Of a DNA stretch of 64,000 nt, positions 1 to 10,965 are shown one piece after another. A model generated the notes under the pieces. The model saw only the letters and a program-made list of their open reading frames with translations, did not search any database and was not told the DNA's origin. A program made the translations under genes and the position numbers. The stretch's first letter is position 1. Every line of letters starts with the position of its first letter. Source of the DNA: Planctomycetota bacterium (GTDB lineage: Bacteria > Planctomycetota > PLA2 > JAEUHO01); assembly GCA_965222115.1 (NCBI GenBank), contig CBDCTJ010000003.1, positions 384,001-448,000 on the forward strand. The letters are read 5' to 3'.

Positions 1-152
1 TGCCCCAGACGAATCAGAATCTGACCAATCTGTCCGCCCTTTTCCCGCTGCTCGCCCAACGCCTCCTGAATCATGCCCTCATGCACGAGCTTGAGCTCTT
101 TTAGGACTTGCCCCAGAAGTTTCTTGGTGCGCTCGTATCGATAGTCCGCCAC
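1..152 (-). CDS. PilB/GspE-type ATPase, N-terminal MshEN region only (runs off the window edge)
   Basis: Manual translation from GTG at 152 (preceded by GGGAG) gives MADYRYERTKKLLGQVLKELKLVHEGMIQEALGEQREKGGQIGQILIRLG, an MshEN-like tandem motif. Lies directly downstream of pilT. Confidence 0.7.
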   Translation of the reverse strand, partial: MADYRYERTKKLLGQVLKELKLVHEGMIQEALGEQREKGGQIGQILIRLG

Positions 153-196
153 GGTGCTGCTCCCGCATTCATTCGTTCACGCGTATAGACGCCAGC

Positions 197-1261
197 CTAG
201 ATACCCAGCTTTTCACGAATCGATCGTGGATTCTGGCACTTGCTTAGAAGCTGCGCCTGATCAATCACGTCGCGCTGATAGAGATCCCACAAATGATCGT
301 CGAGCAAAAACATACCCGATTGGCGACCGGTTTGAATGGCGCTGGGAATCTTGAACGTCTCGTTCTTTCGGATGTGGTTCTCAATACCGGGCGTCATGGT
401 CATGACTTCAAAGCCCGCCACAACACCGGAGCCGTCCTTCTTGGGCATCAGCACCTGACTAATGACGCCAATCAACGACACGGAAAGTTGTACGCGAACC
501 TGTTCCTGCTGTTCGGGCGGGAACTGATCAATGATGCGGTCAACCGTGCGCGCCGAACCGGTGGTGTGCAACGTACCAAACACCAAGTGACCCGTTTCCG
601 CAGCGGTGATGGCAGTGGAAATCGTCTCCAAGTCGCGCATTTCACCCAGCAGAATGACGTCGGGGTCTTCACGGAGCGCGCGGCGAATCGCCTCGGCAAA
701 TGACGTGACATCGGTGCCCACTTCGCGCTGATTGACGATGCACTTCTTGTGCTCGTGGAAATACTCAATCGGATCCTCAATCGTAATGATGTGATGTTCA
801 TTGTTCTGATTGATGTGATCCACCATCGTGGCGAGCGTGGTGGTCTTACCCGACCCCGTGGGTCCGGTCACAAGCAACAGGCCACGCGGACGATTCAATA
901 GCTTGATGACGTCGTCGGTGAGGCCAATTTGTTCAAAGGTGAGCAGCCGGCTGGGAATCAGGCGGCAAACCATGGCGTGCTTGCCTTTCTGACGAAATAC
1001 AGCAACGCGAAAGCGTGCGGCGGTTCCGTGGGCCCACCCAAAGTCCGCGCTCCCACAGTCATCGAGTTCCTTCTTCTTGCCAGGCGAGATGATTTCACTG
1101 ATCAACGCTTTCGCGTCTTCATCGGTCACGTTGGGGATATCGAGGTTGCGCAGCCGCCCCTTAAGGCGCAACACCGGCGGCCGTCCCACCGTAATGTGCA
1201 AATCGCTGGCGTTGAGTTCAACCATGGTGTCGAACAGCTTGTGAATGTCACCGGGAAGCAT
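197..1261 (-). CDS. pilT: Type IV pilus retraction ATPase PilT
   Basis: ASDLHI, Walker A GPTGSGKTTT, TIEDPIE, AIRRALREDPDVILLGEMRD, AAETGHLVFGTLHT; GGAGG SD. Confidence 0.95.
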   Translation of the reverse strand: MLPGDIHKLFDTMVELNASDLHITVGRPPVLRLKGRLRNLDIPNVTDEDAKALISEIISPGKKKELDDCGSADFGWAHGTAARFRVAVFRQKGKHAMVCRLIPSRLLTFEQIGLTDDVIKLLNRPRGLLLVTGPTGSGKTTTLATMVDHINQNNEHHIITIEDPIEYFHEHKKCIVNQREVGTDVTSFAEAIRRALREDPDVILLGEMRDLETISTAITAAETGHLVFGTLHTTGSARTVDRIIDQFPPEQQEQVRVQLSVSLIGVISQVLMPKKDGSGVVAGFEVMTMTPGIENHIRKNETFKIPSAIQTGRQSGMFLLDDHLWDLYQRDVIDQAQLLSKCQNPRSIREKLGI

Positions 1262-1378
1262 GCAACCTCCTATGGATCTCTACGAGCACCGGCCTGCGAT
1301 TCTCGCGTGACTGAAAACTTGATTACCGCCCTACCGGCGCGTGATTTACAGCGCAGTGCGCCGTCGTGTTGCGATCGA

Positions 1379-3061
1379 CTAGACCACCTCTTGCGTGGTG
1401 CCCATGATCGCGCCGGCCACACGAAGCACCTCGTCGATCGTCGATGTGCCGTCGAGCACTTTGCGCAGTCCGTCTTCGCGAAGGCTGCGCAACCCACCGG
1501 TGAGTCGCGCTTGCTCACGAATCTGCTGTGTGCTGCTACGTCGGTACGTCGCCTCACGCACTTGCGGATCCATGGCGAAGAGTTCGTAGATACCTACGCG
1601 TCCCTTGTAGCCCTCGAAGCGACACTCACGACACCCCACGGCGCGGTAAAGCGTGCGACCGCGAATCTCTTCGGGGCGCATACCCACTGCGGCAAGCAAC
1701 GCGGCACTGGGTTCATAGGGCTGACGACACGAGAGACACAATCGACGAAGAAGTCGCTGGGCCATCACCGAAGCCACGGCGGTTGACACGAGGAAAGGCT
1801 TCACGCCCATGTCGATCAAACGTGTGAGCGCAGACGGTGCATCGTTGGTGTGGAGGGTGGAGAATACCAAGTGACCCGTAAGGCTTGCTTGAATCGCAAT
1901 CTCTGCGGTTTCCCGGTCGCGAATCTCACCCACGAGAATGATATTGGGGGCCTGCCGCAACATGGCGCGCAAGATGCGTGAAAAGTCGAGACCAATGTCG
2001 TGACGCACCTCGGCTTGGTTGATTCCCGCCAAGTGGTACTCAACCGGGTTTTCAGCCGTAATGATCTTTACGTTGGGCTTGTTGAGCTGCTTTAGCGCTG
2101 CATACAACGTCGTTGTCTTTCCAGAACCCGTGGGTCCGGTCACCAAGAAGATGCCATTGGGTCGTCGGATGATGCGCTCAAAGCGATCGCGGTCGTCGCC
2201 AATAAAGCCAAGATCGTCGAGCGACAGCAAACCGATTTCGCGGTCCAAAATACGCATGACGATGGACTCACCGGTGGTTCCGGGCACCAGCGAAACACGC
2301 AGGTCAATCGGCCGGCCGAGGAGTTTGAGGTTGATGCGACCATCCTGCGGTTTGCGGTGCTCGGAAATGTCCATGCGCGCCATCACCTTGAGGCGCGTAA
2401 TGACGGGACCCGCCAAATCGGCGTCGAGCGAGTTGGCTTCGTGACAAACACCATCCACGCGATAACGCACGCGTACCCGGTCGGTGAGCGGCTCCACGTG
2501 AATGTCAGACGCGCGCTGGGCCAACGCCTGTTCGAGAATTTCATGCACCAACCGAATGATGGGTGCGTCGTCGGCCTCTTCCTCTTCGGGGTCGCCGGGA
2601 CGTCGCTTAGGTACATCTTTCTTCTCGCCCAAGCCATACGACTCGGCGCGAATATTGTTGAGCGCCGTCGGCGGCGTCAGGGCGAATGTGATTTCACGAC
2701 CCAGCACGAACCGAAGGTCGTCGGCCGTGAACGTGATCATGGGATCGTCGGTGGCGAGGATGAGCTTGTTGCCGTGCATCTTGACCGGCACGACACCGAA
2801 GTCATTCACGACGTTGGAGGGCACCAAATCCACGACGTCAGGAGACAGTCGGGCACGGGTCAGATCCACGAAGGGGAGTTTGAACTGGCGGCAGAGCGCC
2901 TTGGTCAACTGGACCTCGTCGATGAAACCGAGATCCACCATCGCCTTGCCGATCTTCGTCCCCGGAATGCGGGCCTGGTGGTCGAGCGCCTCCTTGAGCT
3001 TGCGCTCGTCGATGACCCCCATCTCGATCAAGATCTGTCCGAGCATCTTGTGTGCTGTCAT
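1379..3061 (-). CDS. PilB/GspE family assembly ATPase with MshEN N-terminus
   Basis: Start MTAHKMLGQIL with GGAGG SD; ASDIHVEP, PQDGR, GPTGSGKTTT, GEIRD, TGHLVFSTLHTND, two CxxC pairs. Confidence 0.92.
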   Translation of the reverse strand: MTAHKMLGQILIEMGVIDERKLKEALDHQARIPGTKIGKAMVDLGFIDEVQLTKALCRQFKLPFVDLTRARLSPDVVDLVPSNVVNDFGVVPVKMHGNKLILATDDPMITFTADDLRFVLGREITFALTPPTALNNIRAESYGLGEKKDVPKRRPGDPEEEEADDAPIIRLVHEILEQALAQRASDIHVEPLTDRVRVRYRVDGVCHEANSLDADLAGPVITRLKVMARMDISEHRKPQDGRINLKLLGRPIDLRVSLVPGTTGESIVMRILDREIGLLSLDDLGFIGDDRDRFERIIRRPNGIFLVTGPTGSGKTTTLYAALKQLNKPNVKIITAENPVEYHLAGINQAEVRHDIGLDFSRILRAMLRQAPNIILVGEIRDRETAEIAIQASLTGHLVFSTLHTNDAPSALTRLIDMGVKPFLVSTAVASVMAQRLLRRLCLSCRQPYEPSAALLAAVGMRPEEIRGRTLYRAVGCRECRFEGYKGRVGIYELFAMDPQVREATYRRSSTQQIREQARLTGGLRSLREDGLRKVLDGTSTIDEVLRVAGAIMGTTQEVV

Positions 3062-3287
3062 GAGGCGTACATCCTCCAAACCCGGTGGCTGCAACGGCGA
3101 GCGAGCCCCGGATATAGCACATCGAAGGCCGAAATGACCCGGCTCACACCGCCGATGGCGAACAGAGCGCGCTGCTTGCGCGGAATCGGTCTCTAATCCG
3201 GAAAAATCAGGCGTGCGCCCGTGCGGCGCAGTCCACACCATGGCCGATAATGAACGTCGAGCCCACGCGCTTGGACGGGATACGCCT

Positions 3288-5981
3288 ATGTCTACGCCTA
3301 CGAGTTCTACATCGCGCCCTCACGCTAAACGTGCGCCCATTGTTTGGCATTTCAGCAAAGCGGGCGTCGATGGAAGTGCGGCGGATCGCGACCTACTCGG
3401 TGGAAAGGGCGCCAACCTCGCGGAGATGTGCCGCCTCGGATTGCCTGTGCCACCGGGATTCACGATCGGCACATCGGTGTGCGGTCAGTACTACGAGAGT
3501 GGTAAGGCGCTTTCCGACGAGGTGCGCGAGGAAATCCGCGCAGCCGTCAAACGATTGGAGCAGGTGACGGGTAAGAAACTTGGTGGCGCTGACAATCCTC
3601 TGCTCGTGTCGGTTCGCAGCGGTGCCGCGGTGTCGATGCCCGGCATGATGGACACGATTCTCAATCTGGGCCTTACCGACGAAACCACGCAAGGGCTGGC
3701 CAAACGATCCGGCAACCGACGTTTCGCATTGGATGCACGCCGCCGGTTCATTCAAATGTTTGCCAATGTCGTCGAAGGACTCGACATTCACCCATTTGAG
3801 AACATGCTCGATCGCGAACAGATCGAGCAGGGCGTAGAGTCCGATAGCGAACTGGACGAAGCCGCACTTGAGCGCGTTACCGACGCGTTCCTATCGCTCT
3901 ATGAGAAGCTTGCTGGTCACGCGTTTCCTCAGGATCCCTACGATCAGTTGGAGCGTGCCGTGTCGGCGGTCTTTGGGTCGTGGATGACGCCGCGTGCGAT
4001 TGAGTACCGCAAGATCAATCGTATAGAGAACCTCATTGGCACGGCAGTAAATGTACAGAGCATGGTCTTTGGCAATCTCGGGCCCTCATCCGGGACCGGC
4101 GTGTGCTTCACGCGGGACCCGTCCACCGGTGAAAACGTGTTCTATGGGGAGTACCTTATGAATGCGCAAGGGGAAGATGTCGTGGCGGGCATCCGTACGC
4201 CCCAAGACCTTGCGGGCCTTGAAAGTGAAAAGCCGGCGGTCTACGAGCAACTCTGTTCGTTGCGCGACACGCTGGAACGTCACTACCGCGACATGCAGGA
4301 CATCGAATTCACGATCGAAGACGAGCAACTCTATCTGTTGCAAACGCGCACGGGACAACGGACGGCACGCGCCGCGCTCAAAATCGCGGTGGACATGGCA
4401 AACGACGGGTTGGTTTCCAAGGCCGATGCGGTTTCCCGCGTGCGACCGGAGCAACTCGATTCCCTTCTCCATCCGCAATTCGATCCCAAGGCCGACAAAT
4501 CCGTCCTCACGCGCGGCCTACCCGCGAGTCCCGGAGCCGTGTCGGGGAGCGTTGTCTTTACCGCCGAGGATGCCAAAGCGCGCGCGGCAGAAGGAGACAA
4601 GGTCATTTTGGTTCGAAACGAAACGAGCCCAGAAGATGTCGGCGGGATGCATGCGGCACAAGGCATACTCACCGCAACAGGCGGCATGACGTCCCATGCG
4701 GCGGTGGTGGCGCGCGGCATGGGGCGCTGTTGTGTCGCGGGCGCTGGAGACGTGCGTATTGACTACGGCGGATGCGCATTTCGTGTGGACTCGCATCTGG
4801 TTCATGAGGGTGATGTCATCTCGCTAGATGGCAGCACGGGCGAAGTCATGTTGGGCGCCGTGGCCACTATGCCCGCCGATCCCGGTCCCTCATTTGAAAC
4901 GTTGCTTGGTTGGGCCGACGACGTACGCACGCTACGGGTGCGTGCCAACGCCGACACACCGGACGATGCCGCGGTGGCGCGTGCGTTCGGCGCCGAGGGC
5001 ATTGGACTTTGTCGCACCGAACATATGTTCTTCGGCGACGATCGCATTACGGTGATGCGCGAGATGATTCTCGCGGCGTCCGATGCCGACCGCCAGGGGG
5101 CCCTTGCGAAGTTGCTTCCCATTCAACGCAGCGACTTTGAAGGCATTCTAAAGTCGATGGACAGCCTGCCCGTCACGATTCGATTGCTCGATCCACCGCT
5201 GCATGAGTTCCTCCCCCACGACGCAGCAGCTCGCAAACAACTAGCCGACGCCACCGGGTTCGACGAGTCGGTCATTCTCGAACGTGCCGCACGACTGCAT
5301 GAGATGAATCCCATGTTGGGACACCGCGGTTGTCGGCTCGGCATCACCTACCCCGAGATTTACGAAATGCAGGTGCGCGCCATCTTTGAAGCCGCGGTGG
5401 CCAACAAGAAGGCGGGCTTGGATCCCCACCCCGAAGTCATGATTCCGTTGGTTGGCACCGTGAAGGAGTACACGGTTTTGCGGGATCGTCTCGTTCGCAT
5501 TGCACAGGACGTCGTACAGGCATCCGGACAAGGAGTTGCCATCATCTTTGGCACGATGATCGAAATTCCCCGCGCGGCGCTTGAAGCGGAGGCGATTGGC
5601 GCCGAGGCCGAGTTCTTTTCGTTCGGCACCAACGACTTGACGCAGTTGACCTTTGGGTACAGCCGCGACGATATCGGTTCTTTTTTGCCGCGCTACGTTG
5701 ACGACGGTGTACTGACCGACGATCCCTTTCAGTCCATCGACATCCAAGGCGTGGGACAACTTGTGGCGATGGGTACCCAACGCGGTCGCGCCGGTCGCCC
5801 CGGACTCAAAGTCGGTGTATGCGGAGAACACGGCGGGGATCCGCGCAGCATCCACTTTTTCCAAAAAGTGGGCTTGGACTATGTGTCGTGTTCGCCGTTT
5901 CGCGTGCCGATTGCACGCCTGGCAGCCGCGCAGGCCGCGACATCGTCTCGTTTCGCTACGTCGATTGATAGACCAAACTGA
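3288..5981 (+). CDS. ppdK: Pyruvate, phosphate dikinase
   Basis: GGKGANL, VSVRSGA, SMPGMMDT, GGMTSHAAVVARG phospho-His motif, GIGLCRTEHMF, FSFGTNDLTQ, CGEHGGDP. Start position uncertain. Confidence 0.97.
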   Translation: MSTPTSSTSRPHAKRAPIVWHFSKAGVDGSAADRDLLGGKGANLAEMCRLGLPVPPGFTIGTSVCGQYYESGKALSDEVREEIRAAVKRLEQVTGKKLGGADNPLLVSVRSGAAVSMPGMMDTILNLGLTDETTQGLAKRSGNRRFALDARRRFIQMFANVVEGLDIHPFENMLDREQIEQGVESDSELDEAALERVTDAFLSLYEKLAGHAFPQDPYDQLERAVSAVFGSWMTPRAIEYRKINRIENLIGTAVNVQSMVFGNLGPSSGTGVCFTRDPSTGENVFYGEYLMNAQGEDVVAGIRTPQDLAGLESEKPAVYEQLCSLRDTLERHYRDMQDIEFTIEDEQLYLLQTRTGQRTARAALKIAVDMANDGLVSKADAVSRVRPEQLDSLLHPQFDPKADKSVLTRGLPASPGAVSGSVVFTAEDAKARAAEGDKVILVRNETSPEDVGGMHAAQGILTATGGMTSHAAVVARGMGRCCVAGAGDVRIDYGGCAFRVDSHLVHEGDVISLDGSTGEVMLGAVATMPADPGPSFETLLGWADDVRTLRVRANADTPDDAAVARAFGAEGIGLCRTEHMFFGDDRITVMREMILAASDADRQGALAKLLPIQRSDFEGILKSMDSLPVTIRLLDPPLHEFLPHDAAARKQLADATGFDESVILERAARLHEMNPMLGHRGCRLGITYPEIYEMQVRAIFEAAVANKKAGLDPHPEVMIPLVGTVKEYTVLRDRLVRIAQDVVQASGQGVAIIFGTMIEIPRAALEAEAIGAEAEFFSFGTNDLTQLTFGYSRDDIGSFLPRYVDDGVLTDDPFQSIDIQGVGQLVAMGTQRGRAGRPGLKVGVCGEHGGDPRSIHFFQKVGLDYVSCSPFRVPIARLAAAQAATSSRFATSIDRPN

Positions 5982-6660
5982 ACTCGTACGTGCGCGGGGA
6001 GATATAGAACACGCGATACCCGACCTGCTGTAGTGCATGGATCGCATCGCGCGTGGCGGTATAGGAAATGGTGGGATAGCCGTGGTGAAACTCGATCAAT
6101 AGTTGCTGGGGCCGAACGGTCGTGCCGACCATGTCCTTGAGGACGTCGTATTCGCCCCCCTCAATGTCCATCTTGAGCACGTCGAGATGCTCGTGACCGA
6201 GTTCGCTCATGATCGTTTGCAGGCGCTTAACAGGTGCCTCGACGGCGTCGCTATCGTTGGTGTTGGTGTAACGCTTGACGGGTGTGAAATGGGCCGAGGT
6301 CTCGCGACGCGGAGGAAAAAACGAAATCGTGCCGTCGGTGGCGGCTAGGCCGTAGTCGTGAAACGTCAGCCGATCCGGAAGCGACTGCGTTCTTACCCAT
6401 GCAATCGATCGCGGCGTGGGATCAAACGCGTGTACGTGGGCACCAAAGCGACTCACAAGATCCACATCAAAGGAAAGATCGCGTCCCACGCCCACACTGT
6501 AAACAACGCTATCGCTTGAAAGACGCTCGGGCAAGACCGTCCACACGCCGCCTTCGGTGCCCAACATCGCGGTGTGGCCGACATCACGCGCACGGATGCC
6601 GTCACGATGCAGCCGCGCTAAACGACGTCTCTGCTTGAACCGCCGAATCTGGGCCTTCAT
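5956..6660 (-). CDS. FkbM family SAM-dependent methyltransferase
   Basis: VVYSVGVGRDLSFD, VHAFDPTP, LDVLKMDIEGGEY, QLLIEFHH. Confidence 0.85.
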   Translation of the reverse strand: MKAQIRRFKQRRRLARLHRDGIRARDVGHTAMLGTEGGVWTVLPERLSSDSVVYSVGVGRDLSFDVDLVSRFGAHVHAFDPTPRSIAWVRTQSLPDRLTFHDYGLAATDGTISFFPPRRETSAHFTPVKRYTNTNDSDAVEAPVKRLQTIMSELGHEHLDVLKMDIEGGEYDVLKDMVGTTVRPQQLLIEFHHGYPTISYTATRDAIHALQQVGYRVFYISPRTYEFSLVYQST

Positions 6661-6682
6661 GAGTGGTTCCCTCGATTGACGT

Positions 6683-7450
6683 CTACTCGGCCGCGAGCTT
6701 GGCGGCGACGTCGGCGCTGACTTCAAGATTGGTTGTCACGGACTGAACGTCGTCGTTGTCGTCAAGCAACCCTTGAATCTTCATGATCTTGCGTGCGGTA
6801 GCCTCGTCGGCATCAACCGATGTACTGGCCACCATCGTAAACTCGGCACGCGTGGGCTTGAGGCCTGCACCGTCCAGCGCCGTCTTCACCTCTTGAAATG
6901 AGCCTGCGGGGCACGTAACGAGGAAGCGCGCGTCGTCGGTGCCTGCGTCAAGCAGCACGATATCTTCTGCGCCCGCTTCAATCGCGATCTCAAACAGTTG
7001 CTCCTCCGACGTCGATACCGCCGGAATATCAAACTCGCCCTGCCGCGTGAACAGATAGCTGACCGCGCCGGTCGCAGCGAGCGAACCACCGTTCTTGTCT
7101 AGGATCGTGCGCACGTCCGTGCTGCTGCGGTTGCGGTTGTCGGTCAAGACTTCAATCAACATGGCCACGCCCGACGGGCCATAGGCCTCGTAGGTGAGTT
7201 CCACGTAATCGGCGCCGTCCACATTCCCACTCGCACGATCGATCGCGCGCTTGATGGTGTCCTTGGGCATATTGGCGGCACGCGCCTTATCAAGTGCGAG
7301 TTGCAGTCGGGGATTGTCTTCGGGTTTGGGCCCCCCCAGTTTCACCGCCGCCATGATAAGTCGCGACACCTTGGAGAACGCCTTGCCGCGCTTGGCGTCG
7401 GCGCGGGCCTTCTTGTGCATGATGTTCGCAAAGTGGGAGTGACCAGCCAT
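6683..7450 (-). CDS. yebC: YebC/PmpR family protein
   Basis: MAGHSHFANIMHKK, NPRL, ANMPKD, YEAYGPSG, TDNRNR, DDDVQSV. Confidence 0.95.
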   Translation of the reverse strand: MAGHSHFANIMHKKARADAKRGKAFSKVSRLIMAAVKLGGPKPEDNPRLQLALDKARAANMPKDTIKRAIDRASGNVDGADYVELTYEAYGPSGVAMLIEVLTDNRNRSSTDVRTILDKNGGSLAATGAVSYLFTRQGEFDIPAVSTSEEQLFEIAIEAGAEDIVLLDAGTDDARFLVTCPAGSFQEVKTALDGAGLKPTRAEFTMVASTSVDADEATARKIMKIQGLLDDNDDVQSVTTNLEVSADVAAKLAAE

Positions 7451-7572
7451 GATGCTCCATGTAGGCCCAACGCGTCCGCGATTCGAACGGCGGGCCCGTG
7501 AACAGCGTCGATCATAGCCGCGTCGGCGGGGAACCCGCAGGTCGAGTCGTCGGCCGAGGGCCGAGTTACCGC

Positions 7573-10500
7573 CTATCGCCGCGTCGACGGTGCCGTGAGC
7601 AACTCGGAAAAGACCTCTTGCGCCGCCGGCGACGTGGATGCAATCTTTCTTGCCGCGTCGATGGCCGCGTCTCGGTGTTCCGGTCGCCGGTACAACTCGA
7701 GGATGCGGCGCCTCACCGCAAGTCGATCATCGCCAATAGTGCCGAGCGCGCGCAACGAGGCGTCCGTTTCTCGACCGGCGTCAAGCAGCGAGAGAATCTC
7801 GGGAACCGCGGACACTGCCTTACTGCCCAAGGACGCTAGAACGTCCAACACCTTGCGACGCAGACGCGGCCGCGCAAGTGCCTGGATCAACGCTTCCACG
7901 TCGGACTGCGTAAGGTCGCGGTAGCGCCGCAGGGCCTGCGCTGCGTTTTCAGCAACCATGGCGTCCTCATGCTTGAGGAGGTTCAAGAATACGGGCCGCG
8001 CCTCGGAAAGCGCTGCGGCCGCCGCAATGGCGATCGCTGCGCTGCGACGACCCCACTGCGCGTTCTCCAATAACGGCACTACACGCCGGGCGTCTTCGGT
8101 GTCCCATGACTCAACACGAGCGAGATCTCCGTCCAACGCGAGCCCTACCTTGAATGGCTTCCCCTCAACCACGACGGTGGAAATCAACGGCTGCAGGCAT
8201 GGGTACGCAGCGAGTACATCGGGAAGATAGGACGCCGCCGCATCACCGACGCGAATACCCTCGTGATTCAAAAGGTCCAATAGCGATTCGACATCGTTTG
8301 CGGTAAAGGAACCTGCCTTCTTAGCAACGGCAAGTTGTTCGATCTGATCCCGGACCGACACGGCCTGCTTGGGTTGCTTTCCTTTGGGTTTGCGATCGCT
8401 CGCCTGGACGGACGTGTCTTTGAGTGCCACAATGCGCTTGGCAATGCTCCCCGGCAGACCACGTTCTTTCGTCAAAGTCCTCACGCGGGGCATCACACCG
8501 TCAATCGCACCATTGAAGGGCAGCAGCGCGAGCATCGAGATCGCCTTGACTTGTCCGTTCGCGTCCCCGACCAACGACGACAGGCGTTCAATCGTTGTGG
8601 CATCACGGGGAAAAAACGCGAGCGCCAGAGCCGCCATGCCCCGCTTTGGAGCTTCGGTCGCCTTGGTCCGGCGGAGCAACATCGCACGCGCATCGTTTCG
8701 AAGCGGGTCCCTCGAAACTTCGTTTCGATACGCGACGAGTTCATCCGACGTCCAAGCTCTGTCTATATTGATGTCCCTCAAGTCGGGTGCGGCGCGAGCA
8801 AAGAAGAAGATTCCGCCATCTTGGAGCGCTTCTTCCTGCGACGCAATGGCAGCAAGCACGCATGGCACAGCGCGAGGTCCCAGCGCATCAAGTACGTACA
8901 GGCCCTGGCGCACGGACTTGCGCTTACCCGACTTGAATAGGGAATGCACCAGTGTGCTCAAGGACGCGGGCGCAGGCTGTTTCGACGCGCGGGCCCACCG
9001 GACAGCAAGCGCTACCCGGGCGTGGGTCGGTCCGTTGCCACCGATGAACAGCAGCAGTTCGTCTGCACTCATGCTCTCAGCAAGCGCATCCACCGCGGCA
9101 CCGGACACTTGAGGTTCACGGTCCGCCATTTTCTCCGTAATGAGGCGTCGCGTTGCATCGTCAAATGGACCCATCTTGGACAATGCGCGAATCGACGCCG
9201 CCGCGGTAGACGCATCGCCGCGCTCAATGGCGCGTCGAAGTGCGGACGCTACCTCCGCGCTGACGGGCCCAATTCGGGCAAGGGTACGAGCGGCACGAGC
9301 CCCTTCCTTTCCAGAGAGATCACGTATCAACTGCCGGACAAGCGCCTGACTGGGATTGCCAATCGAAATCAACGCCGTTCGCGCCGATTGGCCGATCTTT
9401 GTAGATCCGCGTCCCATTCGATCCTCAAGGGCCGCGACGAGTTCCGGCGTGGATACCCGCAGTCGCGCGGCGGCATCTACACAAATGCGTACGACATTAC
9501 CGTCCCGCATGCGAATCCCTTCAACAAGTTGAGGTATCGCGTCGCGAACATGGCGCCCCATGCTGACCAAGGCGGCGGCGGACAATGCACGTACGTATTC
9601 ATCCTTGGAATTCAGCATGCGCCGCAACGTGGGTGCGGCCTCAATCGCGTCCTCCCCGAGCTCGACGAGCTTCTTTGCGGCGGCGGCACGCACCATCCAA
9701 CTCCCGCGCTCAAGCGCAAGGGCGAATCCCTTCACCGTCTTCTTGCCCATGAAGTTCAAGAGTCGCATGGCCTGTCGAACGGTTCCGATGCGGCTGGTTG
9801 GCGAGATGACGGAGAGAATCTCCGCAACGGAGCGCGGCCCCAGTTCATTGAGGGTGTTTACAACCGTCATGATGAACGACGGATCTCGATGATCGAGCAA
9901 TCGTATGACATCCGGAATCGCATGGTGCCCCTTGCGCCCCATGGTCCTCAACGCTCGAAGAACGCCTTCAAGCGTCTTCTGATTGCGATTTCGCAGCAAG
10001 GTTCGAAGCCCGGGCACAGCATCCTCGCCAAAGGAACCGATGAGCTCGTGGAGGGTGTAGTTGCTCTCGCGTTCATTTCGAAGCGCGCGCAGCATCGCGG
10101 GCAGAGACGGTTTGGCAGCGTCGCCAAGTGCCTTGTAGGCCGTCGCTGCTGCATAGGAAGTCTCGCGTTGCTGAATCAATGCGTCGAGCTTGGGGAGCAC
10201 GCGTGCTGTGGCTTGTTTCATAGCACCGAAGGCAATCACGGCGTCGCTGCGAACATCAGACGACGCCGTACGCTCGACAATCTTCGTCACAGCGTCGAAG
10301 GCGCTACTCGCGTCTGTCTGCGAGTCGTGCATAGCGCGGAGGGCAACGCGCACGGCAGATTCGTTATCAGACGTGAGCACGCCCGACAGAATGGGCATGG
10401 CCTGCGACCCCATCCGCCGCAGGGCGGTTGCGAGCCCATCGCGATTCTTGTCGGTCGCTGTGTCCATCGCGGCGCGAAGCCCTGATAACGATTGTTCTGG

Positions 10501-10965
10501 TGTCGAAGCCAATGCGTTGGCGGCTCGACGTGCCACGTACCAATGATCGTCACTCAGGAGCTCAATGAGACGCTCCACGGAGTCCGGCGTGTTCGAACGC
10601 AGGTGAGCAAGCGCGCCCGCTGCCTCGGCGCGCACCCAGGCAGAGTCGTCGTCGAGCGCCACTGCAAGACGATCGCGTACTTCGCGGCTTCGGAATGCGT
10701 CTTGGCCGAGGGCGGCGGCAGCGCAGGCGCGCGTTTCGGCGACGTCGCTTGCGAGATCGCCAAGGAGCTTGGCGGCATCCGCCGCGGAAACGTCCCGATT
10801 GGGCGTGGCGTTGGCGCCCATCAGGATTCCATCGCCGCCACGCGTGAGAAGGGCGATTCCAACGACGACGGCTAGCGCAAGCGCCGTCAGACCAAGAACG
10901 CGTGGTGGACTCATAGAACGGCTGCTGGCGTTTGCTCGCACGTCGGATTGTTGTGAGTGATGCAT
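7573..10965 (-). CDS. Large membrane-anchored HEAT/PBS-lyase repeat protein
   Basis: N-terminal hydrophobic segment, then many LxDxxxxVRxxAAxALG-type repeats over about 1100 aa; AGGAG SD before ATG 10965. Confidence 0.8.
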   Translation of the reverse strand: MHHSQQSDVRANASSRSMSPPRVLGLTALALAVVVGIALLTRGGDGILMGANATPNRDVSAADAAKLLGDLASDVAETRACAAAALGQDAFRSREVRDRLAVALDDDSAWVRAEAAGALAHLRSNTPDSVERLIELLSDDHWYVARRAANALASTPEQSLSGLRAAMDTATDKNRDGLATALRRMGSQAMPILSGVLTSDNESAVRVALRAMHDSQTDASSAFDAVTKIVERTASSDVRSDAVIAFGAMKQATARVLPKLDALIQQRETSYAAATAYKALGDAAKPSLPAMLRALRNERESNYTLHELIGSFGEDAVPGLRTLLRNRNQKTLEGVLRALRTMGRKGHHAIPDVIRLLDHRDPSFIMTVVNTLNELGPRSVAEILSVISPTSRIGTVRQAMRLLNFMGKKTVKGFALALERGSWMVRAAAAKKLVELGEDAIEAAPTLRRMLNSKDEYVRALSAAALVSMGRHVRDAIPQLVEGIRMRDGNVVRICVDAAARLRVSTPELVAALEDRMGRGSTKIGQSARTALISIGNPSQALVRQLIRDLSGKEGARAARTLARIGPVSAEVASALRRAIERGDASTAAASIRALSKMGPFDDATRRLITEKMADREPQVSGAAVDALAESMSADELLLFIGGNGPTHARVALAVRWARASKQPAPASLSTLVHSLFKSGKRKSVRQGLYVLDALGPRAVPCVLAAIASQEEALQDGGIFFFARAAPDLRDINIDRAWTSDELVAYRNEVSRDPLRNDARAMLLRRTKATEAPKRGMAALALAFFPRDATTIERLSSLVGDANGQVKAISMLALLPFNGAIDGVMPRVRTLTKERGLPGSIAKRIVALKDTSVQASDRKPKGKQPKQAVSVRDQIEQLAVAKKAGSFTANDVESLLDLLNHEGIRVGDAAASYLPDVLAAYPCLQPLISTVVVEGKPFKVGLALDGDLARVESWDTEDARRVVPLLENAQWGRRSAAIAIAAAAALSEARPVFLNLLKHEDAMVAENAAQALRRYRDLTQSDVEALIQALARPRLRRKVLDVLASLGSKAVSAVPEILSLLDAGRETDASLRALGTIGDDRLAVRRRILELYRRPEHRDAAIDAARKIASTSPAAQEVFSELLTAPSTRR

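Noticed and set aside
8944-10485. 513-aa plus-strand ORF
   Set aside because: Antisense to the HEAT-repeat gene; typical high-GC shadow ORF.
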